Positions 1 through 6,375 of a stretch of 10,772 nucleotides of DNA are shown piece by piece; position 1 is the stretch's first letter; every line of letters starts with the position of its first letter. The position numbers and the translations under genes are program-made. The stretch covers positions 1-10,772 of the forward strand of contig JBDZWC010000101.1 of assembly GCA_040256005.1 (NCBI GenBank), read 5' to 3'. The notes beneath the pieces were generated by a model that saw only the letters and a list, made by a program, of their open reading frames with translations, was not told the DNA's origin and made no database searches. The DNA is from Deinococcaceae bacterium (lineage in GTDB: Bacteria; Deinococcota; Deinococci; Deinococcales; Trueperaceae).

Positions 1-1317
1 GTGCGGTTGCATAGACGTGCGGTCATCGCCTGCCTTGCGGCTTGCGCTCTGGCGGTTGGCGCGGCGCAGGGTGGCGTGAGAGTGGACGCCACCACGGTGC
101 TTGGACCGGTGGGGCCCTACGTGTACGGCGTCAACTACGGGCACCTGAGCGCCGTGCCCGTGAACCTTTTCGACGAGGCGGCCGCAGCGGGCATCACCTT
201 CATCCGCTACCCCGGCGGTTCGGTCGCCGACCAGGGTGACCTCAAGCCGTTCGACATCGACATGCTCATGACGATGTCCAAACTTCTCGGCGCGGAGCCC
301 AGCATCCAGGTGCGGCTGCCTGGCGGATCGCCACAGGCCGCTGCGGACCTCGTCAGGTACGTGAACGTCGAGATGGGTTACGACGTGCGGCACTGGTACA
401 TCGGCAACGAACCGTCGCTGTACGACGACTACGACGTGGCCACGCTGAACCGGGAGTGGCGCGCCATCGCCGAGGCGATGCTTGCCGTCGACCCGGACTT
501 GGTGCTCATCGGACCGGAGCCGCACCAATGGACTGGCCTGCCCGGCAGCACCATTCTCGACCGCGACGGCGTGGAGTGGGTCGAGGGCTTCCTGCAGGCC
601 AACGGCGACCTCGTGGACGTCGTGGCGGTGCACCGGTACCCGTTCCCGCGCTCCACCGGCGACCCGGGCACGACGGTCGCGGACCTGAGGGAGAACGCAG
701 CCGAGTGGACTCACCTGATCACCAGGCTGCGCACGCTGGCGGAGAGCGTCACGGGCCGCGAGGACCTACTGTTCGCGGTCAGCGAAGCGAACTCCCACTG
801 GAGCCGAACGGCGTACGGCGAGGCGACGAACGACTCGCGCATGAACGCCGTCTGGTGGGCCGACGTCCTGGGCAAGCTCATCGTGGACGGTGCCTACATG
901 GTCGGCTTCTTCGACCTGCAGAGCTCCGACGCCCGCGGCTCATGGGGTCTTCTCTCCAACAACGAGCCCAGGCCCACGTACTACACGTACGTCCTCTACT
1001 CCCGTTTCGGCGAGGACCTGGTGGCCGCGACGTCGGACGTTCCCTACGTCTCCGCCTACGCCGCGCTGCGCGAGGACGGAGCGCTGACGGTGATCGTCAC
1101 GAACCTGAGTGACGAGCCCGTAGAGACCACGTTCATCGTCACCGCCGGCTACGAGCCCGCCGCGGCGCTGCTGCTGGACGACACGCACGACGCAGCAGAG
1201 GTTCCCCTGCCGTTGGCGGCGGACGGCGGCGCGATCACGCTGCCTCCCAGATCCGCGACCTTGCTCGAGCTGCTCCCCACCGCTGCGGCCGGCCTGCCCG
1301 CCCCGGACCAGCCGTGA
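1..1317 (+). CDS. Secreted clan GH-A glycoside hydrolase (GH44/GH51/GH79-like TIM barrel with C-terminal beta-sandwich)
   Basis: Signal peptide MRLHRRAVIACLAACALAVGAAQ. Motifs YVYGVN, IRYPGGS, WYIGNEP (acid/base Glu, codon 409-411), VAVHRYP and FAVSEAN (candidate nucleophile Glu, 784-786). C-terminal SAYAA...LTVIVTN...ITLPPRSATLL beta-sandwich. The start GTG is at the window edge, so no RBS can be checked. Confidence 0.8.
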   Translation: MRLHRRAVIACLAACALAVGAAQGGVRVDATTVLGPVGPYVYGVNYGHLSAVPVNLFDEAAAAGITFIRYPGGSVADQGDLKPFDIDMLMTMSKLLGAEPSIQVRLPGGSPQAAADLVRYVNVEMGYDVRHWYIGNEPSLYDDYDVATLNREWRAIAEAMLAVDPDLVLIGPEPHQWTGLPGSTILDRDGVEWVEGFLQANGDLVDVVAVHRYPFPRSTGDPGTTVADLRENAAEWTHLITRLRTLAESVTGREDLLFAVSEANSHWSRTAYGEATNDSRMNAVWWADVLGKLIVDGAYMVGFFDLQSSDARGSWGLLSNNEPRPTYYTYVLYSRFGEDLVAATSDVPYVSAYAALREDGALTVIVTNLSDEPVETTFIVTAGYEPAAALLLDDTHDAAEVPLPLAADGGAITLPPRSATLLELLPTAAAGLPAPDQP

Positions 1318-2660
1318 TGCGAGACTCGTTCGTCTGGGGCGTTGGCAGCTCGGCCTTCCAGGTCGAGGGCGCGAGCGGGGCTGACGGCCGCTCGCCTTCC
1401 ATCTGGGACACCTTCTGCCAGGTGCCCGGCGCCATCGACGACGGTTCGGACGGAACGGTGGCGTGCGACAGCTACAACCGGTGGGTCGAGGACCTGGACC
1501 TCGTTGCGGAGCTGGGTCTCGACGCGTACCGGTTCTCCGTCGCCTGGCCCCGGGTGCTGCCGAACGGCCGTGGCCGCGTCAACGCAGCGGGGCTCGACTA
1601 CTACGACCGGCTAGTCGACGGGCTACTGGAACGCGGTATCGCCCCTTACGCAACCCTCTACCACTGGGACCTCCCGCAAACGCTGCAGGACGAGGGGGGC
1701 TGGGTGAGCCGCGACACCGCGTACGCCTTCGCCGACTACGCACAGGCGGTCGCTGCCAGACTTGGCGACCGTGTCCGGTCCTATGCCACCCTCAACGAGC
1801 CCTGGTGCAGCGCGTTCCTCGGCCATGGCACGGGAGAGCACGCCCCCGGACACCGCGACCCAAACGAGGTACAGGCAGCTGTTCATCACCTGTTGCTGGG
1901 GCACGGTCTCGCGCTGCAGCGCCTGCGGGCGGAGGCTCCAACTTCGGACGTAGGTATCGTCCTCAACTTCACGCCCGCCTACCCCGTTGATCCCACCGAT
2001 GCCCGCGACGTGGAGGCCGCACGCAGGCACGACGTCGCCAACCACCAGGTGTTCTTGGGCCCCCTGTTCGCCGGCGCCTACCCGGAAGATGTCGTCAGTC
2101 AGCCGGACTCGGCGGGGTCGTACGTACGGAACGGCGACCTGGGGGTCATCTCGGGCCGGTGCGACTACCTGGGGGTCAACTACTACACGCGCACGCTCGT
2201 GAAGCACGACGAGGGTGGCGACTGGCCGCACGTCAGATCCGTGTCCTCGGTCGGAGCGACGAAGACGGACATGGGTTGGGAGGTCTACCCCGATGGGCTG
2301 GAGCACCTCTTGCGCCGTCTCCATGACCAGACTGGTCTGCCGCTGTACGTGACCGAGAACGGTGCCGGCCTGGACGAGCCGGCCACGCTTGCGCCCGGGA
2401 CCCAGCCGAACGACGACCGACGCGTCACCTACCTTTCGTCGCATCTGCAGGCGCTGGAGCGTGCCCGCGCCAAGGGCGCTGATGTACGCGGCTACTTCGC
2501 CTGGAGCCTCCTCGACAACTTCGAGTGGGCGCGCGGCTACACGAAGCGTTTCGGCCTCGTGCATGTCGACTTCGCGACGCAGCGCCGTACGCCCAAGCGC
2601 AGCGCGAAGTGGTTCGCCGAGCACGCCGTCAACACGCGGAAAAGCCCGCAACTGCCGTGA
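1317..2660 (+). CDS. GH1 beta-glucosidase (cytoplasmic)
   Basis: GH1 signatures FVWGVGSSAFQVEG, YRFSVAWPR, TLYHWDLP, TLNEP (Glu 1797-1799), YVTENG (Glu 2355-2357) and WSLLDNFEW. No signal peptide. The start overlaps the upstream stop (GTGATG: GTG 1314 or ATG 1317). Confidence 0.95.
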   Translation: MRDSFVWGVGSSAFQVEGASGADGRSPSIWDTFCQVPGAIDDGSDGTVACDSYNRWVEDLDLVAELGLDAYRFSVAWPRVLPNGRGRVNAAGLDYYDRLVDGLLERGIAPYATLYHWDLPQTLQDEGGWVSRDTAYAFADYAQAVAARLGDRVRSYATLNEPWCSAFLGHGTGEHAPGHRDPNEVQAAVHHLLLGHGLALQRLRAEAPTSDVGIVLNFTPAYPVDPTDARDVEAARRHDVANHQVFLGPLFAGAYPEDVVSQPDSAGSYVRNGDLGVISGRCDYLGVNYYTRTLVKHDEGGDWPHVRSVSSVGATKTDMGWEVYPDGLEHLLRRLHDQTGLPLYVTENGAGLDEPATLAPGTQPNDDRRVTYLSSHLQALERARAKGADVRGYFAWSLLDNFEWARGYTKRFGLVHVDFATQRRTPKRSAKWFAEHAVNTRKSPQLP

Positions 2661-2668
2661 CCATCTGC

Positions 2669-2677
2669 TGCTAGAAT
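2669..2677 (+). promoter_or_regulatory. Putative extended -10 promoter (TGcTAGAAT) for the protease gene
   Basis: Matches TGnTANNNT, just after the GH1 stop and ~105 nt upstream of ATG 2782. Confidence 0.5.
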
Positions 2678-2768
2678 CTTCCGGCCGGTCGTGGAACACC
2701 CTCGCTTTCGAAATGAGCCGCACTCGGCTCGAGACTTGCGCAAGGTGTCAGAACTCGGTCAGGCCGTC

Positions 2769-2774
2769 GGAGGT
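2769..2774 (+). promoter_or_regulatory. Shine-Dalgarno GGAGGT of the protease gene
   Basis: GGAGGT lies 7 nt before ATG 2782. Confidence 0.8.
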
Positions 2775-2781
2775 AACTTCC

Positions 2782-4008
2782 ATGCGCATGAGACGCGCAC
2801 TCCTGTCCGTGACCATCCTCGCCGGGCTAGCCTTCGCAGGCGCCCAAGGTCTATCCCGAGATGTCAGGCTCAACCTCGTTCAGGCGGTCGTTCAGATAAT
2901 CCCCTTCGACCCCGCCACCGGCGAGACGGTCAACTGGTCCGGATCGGGCACGATAATCAGCCCGTCCGGCTACATCCTCACCAACTACCACGTCGTAGGT
3001 GACCTGGGTATGCGCCAGAACTACGAGTGGCACGCGATCCTCATCACCGACCCCGCCTTCACCGACCAGCCACCGGAGTTCTACTTCTGGGCGCGGTACA
3101 TAGCCGGCGACCCGACTCACGACCTGGCGGTCCTCAAGATCGAGGAGTGGTACGACGAGGAGCCCGTGGGCGCCGACGTCGTGTTCCCTTACGTCCAGGT
3201 GGGCGACTCGAACACCCTGATCCCAGGCGACATGATCACGATCGTCGGCTACCCGGGCATCTCCGGGTCCACGATCACCTTCACCGCCGGCCTCATGTCA
3301 GGCTGGGTCGGTGAAGACTTCGAGTCCGGCGGCAAGCAGTGGATCAAGACCGACGGCAAGATCTCCCACGGCAACTCTGGTGGCGGCGCCTTCGACCCCA
3401 ACGGCTACCTGATCGGCGTCCCGACCGCGGGCCGCACCGTGCAGTACGACGAACTGGACGTCGAGGAGCAGGCGTACGTTCGGCCCATAAGCCTCGCGTG
3501 GGCGCTCCTCGGGCCGCACGTGCCCGACGTGGCCCGCGCACCCGTAGGTGGCGCGGTGGCATCTGCGCCCGCCGTCCCGCAGACCCAGACGCAGGCGGCG
3601 CCTGCGGTAACGCCACCTGCCACGCCCGCTGTCACGCCTCCGGCAGCGGCCACTGCAGGCAGCTGCGACTTCTGCGTCGTCGGCACCGTGCCCCTCGGCG
3701 GCAGGGTCAGCGGCTCCATAACCGGCATGGCCGACGCCGTCAACTACCACACGTACACGGTTCAGGTCCCTGCCGGCACCGAGAAGATGGTCATCGAGCT
3801 CACCGGCGACTTCGACGTCGACATCGCCGTGAAGTACGGCTCGGAGATCACGACGTGGGCCGACGACGGCGACTGGGAGTACCGGGACATCACCGAGACG
3901 TACGGCGGCAAGTTCGAGATCTCGCTGCCCACGCCCGGTACCTGGTACGTGGACGTCATCAACTTCTACGACGGCGGCGTCACCGGCTACTCGCTCTCGG
4001 TCTACTGA
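2782..4008 (+). CDS. Secreted trypsin-like serine protease (S1, HtrA-like catalytic domain, no PDZ) with Pro/Ala/Thr linker and C-terminal PPC-like domain; 408 aa
   Basis: RBS plus signal peptide MRMRRALLSVTILAGLAFAGAQ. GSGTII motif. Catalytic triad TNYHVV (His 2989-2991), HDLAVL (Asp 3121-3123) and ISHGNSGG (Ser 3376-3378). C-terminal YTVQVPAG...DVDIAVKYG...PTPGTWYVDV is PPC-like. The ORF-track start at 2362 overlaps the GH1 gene and is not the real start. Confidence 0.9.
   Translation: MRMRRALLSVTILAGLAFAGAQGLSRDVRLNLVQAVVQIIPFDPATGETVNWSGSGTIISPSGYILTNYHVVGDLGMRQNYEWHAILITDPAFTDQPPEFYFWARYIAGDPTHDLAVLKIEEWYDEEPVGADVVFPYVQVGDSNTLIPGDMITIVGYPGISGSTITFTAGLMSGWVGEDFESGGKQWIKTDGKISHGNSGGGAFDPNGYLIGVPTAGRTVQYDELDVEEQAYVRPISLAWALLGPHVPDVARAPVGGAVASAPAVPQTQTQAAPAVTPPATPAVTPPAAATAGSCDFCVVGTVPLGGRVSGSITGMADAVNYHTYTVQVPAGTEKMVIELTGDFDVDIAVKYGSEITTWADDGDWEYRDITETYGGKFEISLPTPGTWYVDVINFYDGGVTGYSLSVY
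3601..3642 (+). repeat. PAVTPP-AT-PAVTPP peptide duplication in the protease linker
   Basis: cct gcg gta acg cca cct ... ccc gct gtc acg cct ccg: same peptide encoded with different synonymous codons. Confidence 0.6.
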
Positions 4009-4020
4009 GGCTGGTACCAT

Positions 4021-4050
4021 GGGCCGGCTCCGATACTCGGGGCCGGCTTT
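4021..4050 (+). terminator. GC-rich hairpin, probable intrinsic terminator or processing stem after the protease gene
   Basis: GGGCCGGCTCCGA-TAC-TCGGGGCCGGCTT forms a 13-bp stem including 3 G.U pairs, with only a short T run (TTT, 4048-4050). Confidence 0.55.
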
Positions 4051-4055
4051 CGCGT

Positions 4056-4132
4056 GCGCCCGTAGCTCAGCTGGACAGAGCAGGGGACTCCTAAGCCCAA
4101 GGTCGCAAGTTCGAATCTTGCCGGGCGCACCA
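4056..4132 (+). tRNA. tRNA-Arg (anticodon CCT), 77 nt with encoded CCA
   Basis: Acceptor stem GCGCCCG/CGGGCGC followed by ACCA. D arm GCTC/GAGC. Anticodon loop CT-CCT-AA (anticodon 4090-4092). T arm GCAAG-TTCGAAT-CTTGC. The anticodon stem GGGGA/GCCCA has two mismatches. Confidence 0.93.
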
Positions 4133-4221
4133 AACCTTTCGCTTGGGAATTTGCAACGATTCTGCCTATAGCGATTCATCGACCGCACTGAGTTGGCCAG
4201 GCTAATTGCGACATCTTTGAT

Positions 4222-6375
4222 TCAAGGCTGTGGTGCATTGACTTCGACAGGCACCGGGCTGCCGCCGAACAGGCCGTTGCCCAGCTGGCCGAACGCTCCA
4301 TAACCCCAGCAGCTGGCGGACCCACTCTTTCCGATCCCACACGTGTGAAAAGCGCCAGCGTCTATGGCCACAAACTCATGGTTTCCCGACACGGCGACAG
4401 GAACTAGCCCATCGGAGACCGAACCGTCCCCCAACTGGCCGTTTCCCCCTTCACCCCAGCAGAAAGCGGCACCGTGCGCGACTAGTCCACAGGTATGGTA
4501 GAAGCCGGCCGCGACAGTTACGAATGCATGTCCCCCAGCCACAGCGACAGGGACAGGGCTATCCGTAGCGGAGCCGTCACCCAAGCTGCCTTCTCTGCCT
4601 CGACCCCAGCAATAGGCGGCGCCACCTACCACGACCCCACACGTATGATAGGTCCCGGCGGCTAGGGCCACAAACTCATGTTCCCCAGCTACAGCGACAG
4701 GGACAAGGCTAAAGGAAACCTCGCCGGCACCTAGCTGACCGTTCGCGCCGACACCCCAGCAGTAAGCTGCGCCACCCACCACGAGCCCACACGTGTGATA
4801 GGCACCGGCCGCGATAGCCACGAATTCCTGTCCCCCAGCCACAGCGACAGGGACAACGCTATCGGAAGCGGAGCCGTCACCCAACCTGCCGTACTCTCCA
4901 TGTCCCCAGCAGTAGGCGCCGCCGCCCACTACGAGCCCACACGTATGGGAGGCTCCGGCCGCAACGGCCACGAACTCATGCCCGCCGGCCACAGCAACTG
5001 GCAAAAGGCTATCGAAAGCGGAACCGTTTCCCAACTTGCCGAAGTCCCCAAGACCCCAACAATATGCGGAGCGATCTATCGCAACGCCACACGCATGATT
5101 GTCCCTGATAGTCAAAGCTACAAACGAGTACCCACCAGACATAGCGACGGGTACATTGCTATTAGACGAAGTTCCGTCGCCCACCAGGCCGAATCTTCCG
5201 TCCCCCCAACAGTAGGCGTTGCCGTCCTCGTCGAGGCCACAGGTGCGTGCGCCGCCCGCTATAACGCTGGTGAAGCCTCCGAACTCAGGCGGCGGCACGA
5301 CGCTTATCTGGACCCCTTCCTGGCTCTCGTTTCCAGCCAAATCGGCAGCTACCACCAACAGCTCGTAGTCGCGCGCCACACTCGGTGTCCAAACAACACT
5401 CCAAACGTGCGGCTGCTCAGTCGTATCGACAAGAGCTGAGCCAACCTCTACTGGCCCGTCGAACAAGGTGACGCTGGCTACACCCGTCTGCAGCTCACTC
5501 ACAGTCCCTGTCAGCGTCAAAGACTCACCCAACTCCAACTCAGCAGGCAGGTCATCGATCACCAAAAGCGGCGGAATCAGGTCCACCCCTACCGGACCCG
5601 CGTACTGACTACACACCTCGTGCGGAGCCAACTCCAACGAACCCATGGCTTGCGAACCATCAGCCAACCCAGTCACCGTCGCCGACACCGACATCCACTG
5701 ACACTCCACACCGAAACGAACACCAAGCCCACTCTCGGCGAATACGGTCGTGTCAACCTCATATGAGACCGTGAAGTCACTCGTCGGCACCAGCAGATCA
5801 GGCCTATCTGGCGGATGAACAAGCAGGTGGACGTCCACGATCTCATTCGGCACGATCGAGCTAGGAGCGACAATCTCAACCGAACCCACCAACGTCAACA
5901 ACGGCAGGTCAACGCTCGTGTCCTCCATGATCTCCACACCAGCCAACGAACCGACCGCCAGCACATGCCCATCGGCATCACGACCCTCAACCTCGAAGGC
6001 GTACGTCGCCCGAGGAAGATGTAGCGTCACGGAGCCACCAGCCAGATAAACGGGAACACCGCCATTTGGGACCACGTTCCCATCGGCATCGAAAAACAAC
6101 TCACCCTCGCCGCCAAAAACCCGAAGCTCCACGACACTCACGCCAACGGCACCGCCCGGCTCCACCGGCACACCCGCCGGACCCAGATCGCTACCCACAT
6201 CCACCCGCAACGACACCGTCACGGTGCCCTCAGGTACACCAGGACCACCACACGCGCCAAGCACGAACAGTCCGGCCATCAACATGCAAGCGATCTTGGC
6301 GTGCTTCCAAGGCGACGCCGCAGGGCTGAAAGGGCGAACAGCATCGCCAGTCAACTGATTGACAGAGGCCATCAT
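4222..6375 (-). CDS. Lipoprotein: conserved N-terminal stalk + Ig-like domain + 7-bladed RCC1/BLIP-II-like beta-propeller (paralog C)
   Basis: Lipobox LGAC. Ig-like motif YELLVVAADLAGN. Seven repeats AG..HTCG....G.AYCWG.G..G.LG.G...S..PVAV. The start is placed at ATG 6375 (ATGA overlap with the upstream stop); ATG 6372 or a later start is also possible. Confidence 0.85.
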   Translation of the reverse strand: MMASVNQLTGDAVRPFSPAASPWKHAKIACMLMAGLFVLGACGGPGVPEGTVTVSLRVDVGSDLGPAGVPVEPGGAVGVSVVELRVFGGEGELFFDADGNVVPNGGVPVYLAGGSVTLHLPRATYAFEVEGRDADGHVLAVGSLAGVEIMEDTSVDLPLLTLVGSVEIVAPSSIVPNEIVDVHLLVHPPDRPDLLVPTSDFTVSYEVDTTVFAESGLGVRFGVECQWMSVSATVTGLADGSQAMGSLELAPHEVCSQYAGPVGVDLIPPLLVIDDLPAELELGESLTLTGTVSELQTGVASVTLFDGPVEVGSALVDTTEQPHVWSVVWTPSVARDYELLVVAADLAGNESQEGVQISVVPPPEFGGFTSVIAGGARTCGLDEDGNAYCWGDGRFGLVGDGTSSNSNVPVAMSGGYSFVALTIRDNHACGVAIDRSAYCWGLGDFGKLGNGSAFDSLLPVAVAGGHEFVAVAAGASHTCGLVVGGGAYCWGHGEYGRLGDGSASDSVVPVAVAGGQEFVAIAAGAYHTCGLVVGGAAYCWGVGANGQLGAGEVSFSLVPVAVAGEHEFVALAAGTYHTCGVVVGGAAYCWGRGREGSLGDGSATDSPVPVAVAGGHAFVTVAAGFYHTCGLVAHGAAFCWGEGGNGQLGDGSVSDGLVPVAVSGNHEFVAIDAGAFHTCGIGKSGSASCWGYGAFGQLGNGLFGGSPVPVEVNAPQP
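4225..5274 (-). repeat. Seven tandem RCC1-like repeats with an exact 150-bp period
   Basis: The CWG anchor (+ strand cccca(g/a)ca) recurs near 4304, 4454, 4604, 4754, 4904, 5054 and 5204. Confidence 0.92.

Noticed and set aside
1623..2723. 366-aa antisense ORF
   Set aside because: It is a shadow of the GH1 gene in high-GC DNA and has no recognisable motifs.
2362..2781. N-terminal extension of the protease ORF given in the track
   Set aside because: It overlaps the GH1 gene out of frame, and the RBS and signal peptide point to ATG 2782.
3298..4188. 296-aa antisense ORF
   Set aside because: It lies antisense to the protease and the tRNA; the GAPGKIRTCDLGLRSPLLCPAELRA segment is just the reverse translation of the tRNA.
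4133..4221. Terminator, integrase remnant or att repeat between the tRNA and the convergent operon
   Set aside because: I found no convincing hairpin with a U-tract, no ORF and no second copy of the tRNA 3' end by eye.
4301..5210. CRISPR-like regularly spaced repeats
   Set aside because: The 150-bp period is in frame within a protein, the repeats are degenerate at third codon positions, and no cas genes are present.
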